Origin: a virus
Taxonomy: Duplodnaviria; Caudoviricetes
Virus record (IMG/VR): IMGVR_UViG_3300020042_001002
Span: 1-55,611 of that record
DNA length: 55,611 nucleotides
Direction: 5' to 3' (one strand)
Of this stretch, positions 37,184 through 47,500 are shown piece by piece. Below the pieces are notes generated by a model. That model saw only the letters and a program-made list of their open reading frames with translations. It was not told the DNA's origin and ran no database searches. Within the stretch, counting starts at the first letter, position 1, and each line of letters begins with the position of its first letter. A program made the position numbers and the translations under genes.

Positions 37184-37426
37184 ATGAAATATTCTTTAGA
37201 CGACGATGTACTTACGAAGTTCTACAATGCTGTAGCTGATGGCGACGAGAGAAGTCTTCGTAAGGTACACATACCACGTTCAGATGTCTTCTATGTTCGT
37301 GAAGCTATTCATAATAAGACCGGAATACGATACACCCTTGACCACGTTGAGAGGGCCATGTATCTAGAGGGACACCTGAAGAAGCGGGATGTCTTTGAAC
37401 CTAATAGGAAGAGAGATTGGGAATGA
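37184..37426 (+). CDS. Hypothetical protein, first gene of the late arm
   Basis: 80-aa ORF overlapping the endolysin start. Confidence 0.6.
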   Translation: MKYSLDDDVLTKFYNAVADGDERSLRKVHIPRSDVFYVREAIHNKTGIRYTLDHVERAMYLEGHLKKRDVFEPNRKRDWE

Positions 37427-37806
37427 GCTACAAACTTGGACCTAAGTCCCTAATGAATCTGAAGGGGGTCCATCCCGATCTTCATCGCGTTGTTGAGAGA
37501 GCTATTACTATTTCAGAAAGTGATTTTACTGTCCTTGAAGGACTACGTAGCTTGGAGAGGCAAAAGACCCTCTTGGCTGCTGGTAAGTCAAAGACCCTAC
37601 ACTCCAGACACATTACTGGTCATGCTGTAGATATTACCCCCTTTCCTATTTCTTGGGATTGGAAGGACTATCCCCCTGTTGAGAAGGCTATGAAGCAAGC
37701 TGCTAAAGAACTAGGTGTTGATCTTGAGTGGGGTGGTGACTGGAAAAGTTTCCCTGATGCGCCACACTGGCAGCTATCACATAAGGCTTATCCCAATGTC
37801 GGATGA
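37423..37806 (+). CDS. Endolysin, M15 family (L-Ala-D-Glu) peptidase
   Basis: GVHPDL, EGLRS.ERQ, SRHITGHAVD, WGGDW, DAPHWQ. Confidence 0.9.
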   Translation: MSYKLGPKSLMNLKGVHPDLHRVVERAITISESDFTVLEGLRSLERQKTLLAAGKSKTLHSRHITGHAVDITPFPISWDWKDYPPVEKAMKQAAKELGVDLEWGGDWKSFPDAPHWQLSHKAYPNVG

Positions 37807-38068
37807 TGATGCAAACAAGGATTGGCACCTCTCAAAATCTATTCCCCTTACATTGATATTTGCTATTGCCTGTCAGACTGTGGCATTGATTTGGTTTGTA
37901 GCTAGTCTCCGTAGTGATGTTGATAATAATGCCAGAGAGTTAGTTAGACAAGATACTCGTATTAGTACTTTGGAAGAGATTGTTCAAAACCAAGCTGTAA
38001 CTATGGGACGTATCGACGAGAATATTAAAGCTATCAGAGTTACTATAGAGGCTATGGCGACTAAATGA
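37796..38068 (+). CDS. Putative holin-like membrane protein
   Basis: One TM segment plus coiled coil, next to the endolysin. Confidence 0.5.
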   Translation: MSDDDANKDWHLSKSIPLTLIFAIACQTVALIWFVASLRSDVDNNARELVRQDTRISTLEEIVQNQAVTMGRIDENIKAIRVTIEAMATK

Positions 38069-38319
38069 AAACCTATAAGCGGGAATTAGCAATCGCTGTA
38101 ATGGTATGGTTTATGTATGTAGTGGAGGTTAAAGATGTCAATGTCGTTGAACTCCTCGTATGGCCGGTATTTACGTTTGCTGCTCTTGCTTTTGGTCTTG
38201 ACTGGTTTGGGAAATCTAGTGACAGGCTGCAAGGGACCATTGAGTCTCTTAACGGGCGGGGGACCAAACGTAGCAGCGAATGTACAAGTGGCGAAGACAG
38301 CAACCCAAACAATAGGTAA
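38065..38319 (+). CDS. Putative holin (two TM segments)
   Basis: Hydrophobic segments; lysis cassette. Confidence 0.5.
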   Translation: MKTYKRELAIAVMVWFMYVVEVKDVNVVELLVWPVFTFAALAFGLDWFGKSSDRLQGTIESLNGRGTKRSSECTSGEDSNPNNR

Positions 38320-38536
38320 GACTACGGTTACTGGTGATCAGAAGATTGAGACTAACTCTGGACATATGGTTCAGATTCAAGAACAACAGAGTCAATTAAC
38401 TGCTGAGAATGTTGATACGGTCACTATTAATGAAACCCCGATCTGGATGATTCTACTGTTACTATTAGGTTGGCTACTCCCCACCCCTAACCAAATAGCT
38501 AAATCAATACTTGGAGTGTTTAAAAGATGGCTGTAG
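38135..38536 (+). CDS. Putative lipoprotein / unimolecular spanin (start uncertain)
   Basis: Hydrophobic signal with VTGC lipobox and C-terminal TM helix. Confidence 0.5.
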   Translation: MSMSLNSSYGRYLRLLLLLLVLTGLGNLVTGCKGPLSLLTGGGPNVAANVQVAKTATQTIGKTTVTGDQKIETNSGHMVQIQEQQSQLTAENVDTVTINETPIWMILLLLLGWLLPTPNQIAKSILGVFKRWL

Positions 38537-38811
38537 ATTCGAGACTAGAGAAGGTTGGTGTTGCTGGCTATAATAAGCCTAAGAGAACCCCTGATCATCC
38601 TAAGAAGTCTCATGTCGTTGTAGCTAAAGAAGGCGATAAGGTTAAGACTATCCGCTTTGGTGAGCAGGGTGCTTCTACTGCAGGTGCCCCTAAGACTGGT
38701 GAGACTGACAAGATGAAAGCCAAACGTGCAAGCTTCAAGGCTAGACACGGTAAGAATATTGCTAAGGGTAAGATGTCTGCTGCCTACTGGGCCGATAAGG
38801 TTAAGTGGTGA
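38527..38811 (+). CDS. Small basic conserved phage protein
   Basis: YNKPKRTPDHPKKSHVV..KTIRFGEQG..RASFKARH..SAAYWA. Confidence 0.7.
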   Translation: MAVDSRLEKVGVAGYNKPKRTPDHPKKSHVVVAKEGDKVKTIRFGEQGASTAGAPKTGETDKMKAKRASFKARHGKNIAKGKMSAAYWADKVKW

Positions 38812-38889
38812 TACCATGTCGGTATGGTGTACCCTCGCCAAAAGATTTAGTGAGTCTGAGGAAGGCTCTTATACAAAAGGAAACTGGTT

Positions 38890-39108
38890 ATGAAAGATAC
38901 TAAAAAAGGTATGAACTATGGTGGCATGGTTCCTATGCCCAAAGCTATGCCTAACGCCCCTATGAAAGCTCTGCCCAAGTCCGCGCCGAAATCTAAAGCT
39001 TCCCCTATGCCTAAAGCTTCCCCTATGCGTAAGCGCGTGAACATGGATAACGTGACCAAAGTTTATGGTGGTATGGCTGCTGGCGGCATGGCTAAGAAAG
39101 GTAAATAA
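38890..39108 (+). CDS. Small Lys/Met/Pro-rich protein
   Basis: AAGGA RBS; KASPMP repeats; MNYGG and MAAGG motifs. Confidence 0.6.
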   Translation: MKDTKKGMNYGGMVPMPKAMPNAPMKALPKSAPKSKASPMPKASPMRKRVNMDNVTKVYGGMAAGGMAKKGK

Positions 39109-39112
39109 TAAA

Positions 39113-39625
39113 ATGGCTAAGTCAACTTTTGGAAAAGCATTTGCAAAGGCTCGTAAAGAACAAGGTGCTGGTGGTACGTTTGTTTGGTTGAAGTCTGAGG
39201 GTGGTGATGGTGAGTCTTACTCCACTAACATTGCTGGTGAGACAGGGAAGAAGAAGCCTTCTAAAGGCTTTAGTGTCGATATGGCTTCTAAGGCTATTGA
39301 TAATGCTTCCGCTAAGGCTGCAGGGTTTACTTCTATTCCTAGGCCACCCCCAAGCAATCGTACTAAGACTGAAGATATGCCTACCGAAAAAGGTATTAGA
39401 ATGCCTAAGGCTGGCGACATCAAGGTATCTAAACTAGACCCTACTACTAAGGTAGCTGGTCGTGGTGGTTTTGCTTCTGGCCCTGCTGCTGGTATGCCTC
39501 AGAATAAAGCTATCCAGAACTACAAGGCTATGATTAATTCTGATACAGCTAGTGCTTCTCAGAAGCGTAGTGCTAAGGCTGCATTGCTAATGTTGCAAGC
39601 TAGTCTTAAGAAGAATAAGAAATAA
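39113..39625 (+). CDS. Basic hypothetical protein
   Basis: Likely start MAKSTFGKAFAKARK; F.W....YST motif. Confidence 0.6.
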   Translation: MAKSTFGKAFAKARKEQGAGGTFVWLKSEGGDGESYSTNIAGETGKKKPSKGFSVDMASKAIDNASAKAAGFTSIPRPPPSNRTKTEDMPTEKGIRMPKAGDIKVSKLDPTTKVAGRGGFASGPAAGMPQNKAIQNYKAMINSDTASASQKRSAKAALLMLQASLKKNKK

Positions 39626-39987
39626 TGCAATATCTAAATTCCCCAAATGCAAAGGCTGTCCGTCCAAAGTCTTTCTTTGGGGAAGTACTTACTACGGCTG
39701 TAACAACTATCTATACCTGTCCTGCTAACTGTATTGCGGAGCTTACCTTTCTTCATATAGTTAATGTGACAGGTTCAAATACAGTTACCCTTAATATATA
39801 TGTAGCAGCAACAACAAACCTCTCTAGTTTACTGTCAGCTAAGACCAAGGCTGCTGGTGACTTCACTACTTTTGCACCACTACAAATTTTCCTCGCTTCG
39901 GGAGATCAGATCAGAGTTACAACTACAAGTGCTGGTCACGTAGATATTGTCGGCAGCGTTGTCGAAACCTTTATTCCAGTAGGATAA
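39625..39987 (+). CDS. Putative small beta-rich virion protein
   Basis: TIYTCPAN..L.SGDQI pattern. Confidence 0.55.
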   Translation: MQYLNSPNAKAVRPKSFFGEVLTTAVTTIYTCPANCIAELTFLHIVNVTGSNTVTLNIYVAATTNLSSLLSAKTKAAGDFTTFAPLQIFLASGDQIRVTTTSAGHVDIVGSVVETFIPVG

Positions 39988-39990
39988 GAA

Positions 39991-40353
39991 ATGGCAAGAG
40001 AACTTACAGACAAGCAACAGATGTTCCTTACGGTACTCTTTGAAGAGGCCAAGGGTAACTATGTGCAAGCTAAGAAGTTGGCTGGCTATAGTGAAACATA
40101 TTCTACCAAGGAGATCGTAGAAGGTCTAGAAGAAGAGATTGCAGCACTGACTAGAAAGTTTATTACTCGTGTTGGGGTAAAGGCTGCTTACAGTATGTTT
40201 GAAGTTCTTCAAGACCCTACTGCACTTGGCAATAAAGAAAAGATGCTTGCAGCTAAAGACCTACTAGATCGTGGTGGCTTCAAGGCAAGAGATGAGATCA
40301 AGATTGAGACTGATACACCGCTCTTTATCCTACCCGCTAAGAATAATGATTGA
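39991..40353 (+). CDS. Putative terminase small subunit
   Basis: LTDKQQMFL..AKKLAGYS HTH start, AAKDLLDRGG; upstream of terL. Confidence 0.65.
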   Translation: MARELTDKQQMFLTVLFEEAKGNYVQAKKLAGYSETYSTKEIVEGLEEEIAALTRKFITRVGVKAAYSMFEVLQDPTALGNKEKMLAAKDLLDRGGFKARDEIKIETDTPLFILPAKNND

Positions 40354-40378
40354 CATATAGCCTTGTTTGTAGTATAAA
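40350..40378 (+). promoter_or_regulatory. Putative promoter (leaderless mRNA)
   Basis: TTGACA-N17-TATAAA, ATG at 40384. Confidence 0.55.
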
Positions 40379-40383
40379 ATAGT

Positions 40384-40821
40384 ATGTCAAAAATCAAAAC
40401 AGAGTGGAAACTACCCAAACCTACAGATGAAGGCGACCACTATGAGTGGAAACCTGTTGTACGTGTAGGAAAAATCGTACCCTTTGGCTATGCAGAAGAT
40501 ACAACTGATAGAGATATCCTTCTTCCTGTAGTAAAAGAGCTAGAACTCTTGGAACAGGCTAAGAAACATCTTAAGAAATACTCGTATCGGGCTGTAGCAG
40601 CGTGGTTAAGTGAGCAGAGTGGTAGGGTTATCTCCCACGTTGGACTGTACAAGAGGGTAAAACTTGAATACAAGCGTAAGACAGAGGCTGCAAATCAACG
40701 GTACCTCTCCCAAAGGTACAAAGAAGCCCTTGAGAAAGCCGAAAAACTTGAAGGTCGAATTGGCGGAGCCAGTACAAGAGATATTGACAGTACCAGCACT
40801 ACCCAGACCAGCACCAATTAA
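40384..40821 (+). CDS. DNA-binding protein resembling a serine-recombinase 'recombinase' domain
   Basis: VPFGY..E..S.R.VA.WL....GR.ISH pattern. Confidence 0.5.
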   Translation: MSKIKTEWKLPKPTDEGDHYEWKPVVRVGKIVPFGYAEDTTDRDILLPVVKELELLEQAKKHLKKYSYRAVAAWLSEQSGRVISHVGLYKRVKLEYKRKTEAANQRYLSQRYKEALEKAEKLEGRIGGASTRDIDSTSTTQTSTN

Positions 40822-42226
40822 CACTGCTAGGGCACAGGAAGTAATCTTTCAACCTAACCCCGGCCCTCAGACAACCTTTCTCTCTGCTAATGAGCAAGAA
40901 GTCCTCTATGGTGGTGCAGCAGGTGGTGGTAAGTCATACGCTATGTTGGCTGACCCTGTACGTTACTTGAATAATGAACACGCTAAGATGCTTCTGGTGC
41001 GTAAGTCTACTGAAGAACTGCGGGAACTCGTCTCAGTTTCTAAAATGTTGTATCCAAAGGCTATTCCGGGTATCAAATTTCTAGAAAGAGATAAGACATG
41101 GGTAGCCCCTTCAGGTGCAACACTCTGGATGAGCTACCTAGACGTAGATGATGATGTTACTCGCTACCAAGGACAGGCATACAACTGGATTGGCTTTGAC
41201 GAACTAACCCAATGGGGTACCCCCTACGCTTGGAACTATATGCGATCCCGCTTACGTACTACTAGAGATAGCGGACTAAAGCTGTATCAGAGAGCCACTA
41301 CAAACCCCGGTGGTGCAGGTCATAGTTGGGTAAAGAAAACCTTCATTGATCCCGCAAAACCCGGTAAATCTTTCTGGGCTACGGACCCTGAGACAGGTGA
41401 GACGCTAAAATGGCCTAATGGGCACTCTCGTGAGGGAGAACCACTATTTGAACGTAGATTTATCCCTGCTACATTGTTTGACAACCCGTACCTAGCTGAT
41501 GATGGTATGTATGAAGCTAACCTATTGTCTCTACCTGAGCAGCAGAGGAAGCGTCTACTAGAAGGTAACTGGGATACTGCTGATGGTGCGGCCTTCTCAG
41601 AGTTTAATCGCAAGATACACGTGGTAGAACCCTTTGATATCCCTAGTAACTGGCCTAGGTTCCGTGCAGCAGACTATGGGTATAGCTCTTATAGCGGTGT
41701 TCTATGGTTTGCGGTGGCCCCTAGTGAGCAGTTGGTGGTCTACAGAGAACTCTATGTCTCTAAGGTACTGGCTGAAGACTTGGCTGATAAGGTGCTTACA
41801 CTAGAAGAGGGTGAGAAGATTCGCTATGGTGTCCTTGACTCTTCTCTCTGGCATAAGCGGGGTGACACTGGTCCTAGTATTGCTGAGAGAATGATTCTAA
41901 AGGGGTGTCGTTGGCGTCCAGCGGACAGGAGCAGAGGTTCCCGTATTGCAGGTAAGAACGAAATCCATAGAAGACTACAAGTTGACGAGTATACTGAAGA
42001 GTCCAGAATGATTATCTTCAATACTTGTAGAAATCTAGTAACTCAACTACCAATGCTCCCTCTCAGTAAGACTAACTCAGAGGATGTCGATACTCACTCA
42101 GAAGACCACCTATACGATGCTCTAAGATACGGTGTAATGACAAGACCTCGCAGCGGACTACATGACTATGATACAAGTATGGGTCGCACAGGCTTTCAAG
42201 TAGCTGACAAGACGTTTGGCTATTAA
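40664..42226 (+). CDS. terL: Terminase large subunit (true start possibly TTG 40784)
   Basis: QPNPGPQ, YGGAAGGGKS, GFDELTQ, ATTNPGG, DYGY, DHLYDALRY. Confidence 0.92.
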   Translation: MNTSVRQRLQINGTSPKGTKKPLRKPKNLKVELAEPVQEILTVPALPRPAPINTARAQEVIFQPNPGPQTTFLSANEQEVLYGGAAGGGKSYAMLADPVRYLNNEHAKMLLVRKSTEELRELVSVSKMLYPKAIPGIKFLERDKTWVAPSGATLWMSYLDVDDDVTRYQGQAYNWIGFDELTQWGTPYAWNYMRSRLRTTRDSGLKLYQRATTNPGGAGHSWVKKTFIDPAKPGKSFWATDPETGETLKWPNGHSREGEPLFERRFIPATLFDNPYLADDGMYEANLLSLPEQQRKRLLEGNWDTADGAAFSEFNRKIHVVEPFDIPSNWPRFRAADYGYSSYSGVLWFAVAPSEQLVVYRELYVSKVLAEDLADKVLTLEEGEKIRYGVLDSSLWHKRGDTGPSIAERMILKGCRWRPADRSRGSRIAGKNEIHRRLQVDEYTEESRMIIFNTCRNLVTQLPMLPLSKTNSEDVDTHSEDHLYDALRYGVMTRPRSGLHDYDTSMGRTGFQVADKTFGY

Positions 42227-42238
42227 CTCTAATTGGAT

Positions 42239-44359
42239 ATGACAATGGCAGTAAAGAATATTCCCCCCGATAGCTCGTCTATGGTAGGTATCTCAGATAC
42301 TAAGGGTGACAAAGTAACGGATACTTCTGTAGGTAGCGTTGTCTCTTACGTAGAAGAACGATTTAAGAAAGCTGAAACTGCAAAATATGCTGAAGAGCAG
42401 CGTTGGATTAGAGCTTACAGGAACTACCGTGGTATCTATGGAGATGATGTAGCCTTTACCAACACTGAGAAGTCTCGTGTCTTCGTTAAGGTCACAAAGA
42501 CTAAGGTTCTGGCTGCATTTGGTCAAATGACTGAGGTTCTCTTCGGTGGGAACAAATTCCCTATTACTATTGACCCTACTACCTTGCCTGATGGTGTAGA
42601 AGATACTGTCCATATGGAGACTAACGACGAGATTAAGAAGGCTGAGAAGTCTGCTAGTCTTGAACCACTACTTCCCGGCGAGACTATGCCTGAGTTTCTG
42701 AGCCGCCTTGGTGGTATGAAGAAAGAACTTGCTCCTATCAAAGACTTGCGTCCGGGTCCGGGTGTTACCCCTACTCAGGTCACCTTTGAACCTGCTATGA
42801 TTGCAGCTAAGAAGATGGAAAAGAAAATTCACGATCAGTTGGAAGAGTCCAACGCTAACAAGCACCTTCGTGCTGCTGCCTTTGAGTGTTCACTTTTTGG
42901 TACGGGCATTATGAAGGGTCCGTTTGCAGTGGACAAGGAATACCCCCGCTGGAATGAAGCTGGTGAGTATGACCCTATCATTAAGACTGTGCCCCAAGTG
43001 TCTAGCGTGTCTGTCTGGAACTTCTACCCTGATCCTGATGCACAGAACATGGATGAGGCTGAGTATGCTATTGAACGCCACAAGATGTCTCGTAGTGAGC
43101 TACGTAAACTAATCAACCGCCCCTTCTTCCGTAAGAATGAGATTGAGACTGCACTTAGCTTTGGTCCTAGCTACATCAAAGAGTGGTGGGAACAAACTAT
43201 GGAAGACTCTGCCAACAACTCTTCTCCTGAGCGTTACGAAGTCTTGGAGTTCTGGGGTAGTGTAGATCGTGAAGTCCTAGAGCGTTATAGTGTAGACATC
43301 CCTAAAGAACTAAAAGACAAGAACCAAATCTCTGTGAACATCTGGGTATGCAACGGGCGTGTCTTGCGTCTTGTTATGAACCCCTTTACCCCTACTATTA
43401 TCCCATTCTATGCAGTGCCATATGAGATCAACCCCTACTCTCTCTGGGGTGTGGGTATTGCTGAGAACATGGATGACACTCAGACACTGATGAATGGCTT
43501 TATGCGTATGGCTGTTGATAATGCTGCACTTAGTGGCAACTTGCTGATCGAACTTGACGAGACTAATCTAGTTCCGGGTCAAGACCTTGAAGTATATCCG
43601 GGTAAGGTCTTTAGGCGTCAGGGTGGCGCTCCCGGTCAGGCTATCTTTGGTACCAAGTTCCCCAACGTCTCCAATGAGAATATGCAGATGTTTGATAAGG
43701 CTCGTGTCTTGGCGGATGAGTCAACTGGCTTCCCTTCATTCGCTCATGGTCAGACTGGCATCTCTGGTGTCGGACGTACAGCCTCTGGTATCTCTATGCT
43801 TATGTCTGCTGCCAATGGTTCTATCCGTACTGTCGTTAAGAATATTGATGACTACCTCTTAGCTCCTCTTGGTCGTGCATTGTTCAGCTTCAATATGCAG
43901 TTTGACTTTGACCCTGAGATCAAGGGTGATTTAGAAGTTAAGGCTGCTGGTACTGAGTCCTTGATGGCTAATGAAGTTCGTTCTCAGCGTCTCATGCAGT
44001 TCCTTGGTGTTGTGCAAAACCCAATGCTGGCTCCCTTTGCCCGTCTGGATTACATTGTTCGTGAGATTGCAAAGTCTATGGACCTCGACCCCGATAAGGT
44101 TGCAAACTCTATGCAGCGAGCTGCTATTCAGGCAGAGATTCTTAAGACCTTCCAGCAGAGCCAGCCACAGCCACAACAAGCTAGTGGAGCAGGTCAGGTA
44201 CCGGGAACACCGGGTTCACCTCCACAGGGCGCTCCTACGGCTCCTGCAGGGGTACAGCCTCAAGACACTCAAGGTTCGGGTGGTGGGACTATTGGTACAG
44301 GCTCTGCTCCTCCTCCGGGGGCACCGGGGTTCAGTGGTAATACTGGGGGTCAACAGTGA
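42239..44359 (+). CDS. Portal protein
   Basis: About 700 aa after terL; FGTGIMKGP, FYPDP, RTASG motifs. Confidence 0.85.
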   Translation: MTMAVKNIPPDSSSMVGISDTKGDKVTDTSVGSVVSYVEERFKKAETAKYAEEQRWIRAYRNYRGIYGDDVAFTNTEKSRVFVKVTKTKVLAAFGQMTEVLFGGNKFPITIDPTTLPDGVEDTVHMETNDEIKKAEKSASLEPLLPGETMPEFLSRLGGMKKELAPIKDLRPGPGVTPTQVTFEPAMIAAKKMEKKIHDQLEESNANKHLRAAAFECSLFGTGIMKGPFAVDKEYPRWNEAGEYDPIIKTVPQVSSVSVWNFYPDPDAQNMDEAEYAIERHKMSRSELRKLINRPFFRKNEIETALSFGPSYIKEWWEQTMEDSANNSSPERYEVLEFWGSVDREVLERYSVDIPKELKDKNQISVNIWVCNGRVLRLVMNPFTPTIIPFYAVPYEINPYSLWGVGIAENMDDTQTLMNGFMRMAVDNAALSGNLLIELDETNLVPGQDLEVYPGKVFRRQGGAPGQAIFGTKFPNVSNENMQMFDKARVLADESTGFPSFAHGQTGISGVGRTASGISMLMSAANGSIRTVVKNIDDYLLAPLGRALFSFNMQFDFDPEIKGDLEVKAAGTESLMANEVRSQRLMQFLGVVQNPMLAPFARLDYIVREIAKSMDLDPDKVANSMQRAAIQAEILKTFQQSQPQPQQASGAGQVPGTPGSPPQGAPTAPAGVQPQDTQGSGGGTIGTGSAPPPGAPGFSGNTGGQQ

Positions 44360-44547
44360 GCCTTAAGCCCCTAGTAAACAACCACGAACTCTGGACTGAC
44401 TTCCTACAAGAGCTTGACGCTCGTATCAATGTCTGCTATAAAAGACTAGAACAAGTAAATGACCCAGTAGAAATCTATCGCGCTCAGGGTGAGGTACAAG
44501 CTCTACGCAAACTTGAGAAGCTACGTGAGAAGGTAAATGCAACATGA
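44356..44547 (+). CDS. Small conserved head-module protein
   Basis: IYRAQGE motif; directly after the portal. Confidence 0.6.
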   Translation: MSLKPLVNNHELWTDFLQELDARINVCYKRLEQVNDPVEIYRAQGEVQALRKLEKLREKVNAT

Positions 44548-47500
44548 ATGTCAACGACCAAACCTTTGCAGCATTTTCTCTTGCTAATCAAGATAGAAAG
44601 AAATCTTTACTTCAGTATGTCTCTGAGGGTGCTACTAATGCAGACCTTGAAGCTGCTGGCTATACACCTGCTGAAGTAGCTGCTGCATTTCCCCCTGTAA
44701 AAGAATTAACTAGGTCAAAAGAGTTTGATCGTGATCGTCAGGCTGGTGCAAACCCAGATACGCTACAGGAAGTAAAACCCTCTTTTTTACAAAGAGTTGG
44801 TGACTCTCTTTTTACTCCGCCCAGTATTGATGGTACATACTATGATCCAAAAGGTTTACCTATAGGTGCTATGCCAGATACAGATCGTATTTGGGGTATG
44901 GATGACGAAGGAAACCCTGTTAGGGTGACTGCCACAGGTGATAGATATATCATCCCAAAGTTGACCCCAAGAGATGAGAAAAAAAGAAGTTTAGATGAAA
45001 AAGTAGATATTTTTAAAGGTAAAGTTGCCCCTATTTATGAAGCAATAAAAGAGAATCCCCTTGGGGTAGCAAAAGACGTAGGTCTAGGTGTTGCAAAAAG
45101 TGTGTGGAATACAATAGGAGCTTTTAATAATCCTAATCCCACAATCGGGGATGCTATGGATGTGGCAGGATTAGTTTCACTCCCTTCTGCACCGGGGCTA
45201 TTTACTAAATTTGATCCCAATGTACTTCGTATGTTTGCTGGGCCAGAAGCTAAGAACTTCCCACATTTGATGGAAGCTGAGGCAAGTGTTCGTCGTAAGG
45301 CAGGTGAAGACCCTCAGAAAATCTGGGAAGATACTGGCATTCAATTCTTGCCTGATGGTAGACCTATATTTCAAATTGACCCTGCTGGAGCTAAAATTTT
45401 AGATTTTAATTTTTTTAATCAAGCCATACCTAAATTATCTGCTGAAGATGTGGCAAATGGTGGCGATGGTCAATTTAGGCAGAGACTTACTGACCTAGTA
45501 GACTTTCCAGAATTTTTTGAGAACTACCCGCAGCTTAAAGATTTTAATCTTGTTTTTGACCCCAATATTGCTGCGGATGGTCAAATGGATATATCTCGTA
45601 AAACTGTTAAACTCAGTATAGATTTTGTAGAAAATGCTACAGAACAGAAATTAAAAGAGACTCTCCTACATGAGTTGCAGCATGGTATTCAAGCTGCTGA
45701 AAGAACTTCGGGTGGGGCTGCATCTTCTTATTTCTTTGGGAGACAGAAACAGTGGAATTCAACTACTCAACAATGGGAGCGTACTGGTCCATATGTAACT
45801 GGTGCACCAGACATGGAGCCTGATGTACAAAACTACCAAATGCTTCTAGACGATTACATGGATTCCCGTTCAAACTACGAAAAGAATCCCGGATCTACTC
45901 AAGCGGAATCAGATGTAAAACACGCTGAACTTGAGCGTAAGAGAGGTATACTTGTTGAAGACGCTAAAAGATTAAATACTTGGGCTTTTAGAAAGTATCA
46001 AGAGAATCCCGGTGAAATTGAAGCCCGTGCTGCAGGTTTGTGGTCGCAACTTACTCCAGAAGAAAGACTAAAGACTCCCCCACTGGAGATATATAATAAA
46101 GCAGCCACTATGCACGAGCCTTTTGTTTCTAAGCTCGGTGAAACCCCTACCTATGGCGACAACTATATGCCAACCACACGATTTCCTGCTTCCCAAGAAG
46201 AGGCACTGAGTAGACTTGACCCTAATGCTGAGATGACCCCTGCTCAATCAGTAGATCAAACTGTAGCAGCCTTGGGAGAAGTTCCAGTTAAGAAAACATC
46301 TCAAAGATTTATTGAAGGTACTCCTGAGAAAAAACCAATTACATATGTTACCTCAGAAGAAAATATCGTAAGGCAAGAAGACTTTTTAAATTCTACACTT
46401 AAAGATCAAGATTTCGGTGTTGATTCTAGTAATGAAATAGTCCAAAACTCAAATCTTGGTGACGTATCTACAAAAGATTTTTCAAAATTTATATCTGAAA
46501 TTATTTATAGTCCTAATTCTATTAAAGATAGTTCAGACTTTATGAAAAATAACAACATAGTTTTTTCAGATGATGTACTTAAATCCATTGGGTATGTAGA
46601 TAATTCAGGAAATACTACACCTGCAGAAGCTATGAGTGATATTGCAAATCATTTTTATCACACATATCAGCACTCTAATTTTAGAGATTTTTTATATTCC
46701 CATAAGATTGAAGGAATACCAGATAATTTACGTTCTAAACTTGAAAAACCATTTAATACCACTTATAGAAATCCAATCAATGAAGTTATAGATGAGATTA
46801 CTTTTCCAAAGAATGGGCTAAAAGGTTCTGAGTTTATAAAGTTCTTGGATAAAAATCCATCCGTTAAATCTGCACAGTACAATACTATTGATCTTGGCAT
46901 TGATAAAAATAAATCCTATACAAAAGAACAACTATTATCTGCTATTGATCCATATACTTGGGAAACTAAAATAGAAGTTTTACCATCCCCTCAGTATGAA
47001 AATATGCAAGTTCAAAATTTCAATGAGCATGGTTATACAAGCAATAAAAAGGTGGCTGACTACAAAGAACTTGTACTAAGGGTCAATAGAAAAAATCCAG
47101 ACTTACCTACCTTTACTTTGCCAGAAGAAATAAAAAAAGCATATGGCTCTTATCACTATAGTGATGATGTTGTAGCACATACCAGACTCTCTACAGAAAC
47201 TCAAATTGGTACTAATACTAAAGAAATTGTTGTACACGAGTTTCAAAGTGACTATCTGCAAAGGGGTGCAGCTAAGGCTTCTCCAGCGGTTGATATTACA
47301 GAGGCAAAAAGTAAACTGCTTTCTAATATATTGTCAAGTATTCCTAAGGGTACAGATACACCAGAAGTTAAATTTGCAGTAGAAAAAAGCTTTGAAGAGT
47401 TATTAGCTAACGGTGGATACTTTTCTTCTGATGTAGGTAGGAATTTAAATTCTGCCCTTAAAAATGCTGGTATAAGTATTGATGATCGCATTCCAGTAAC

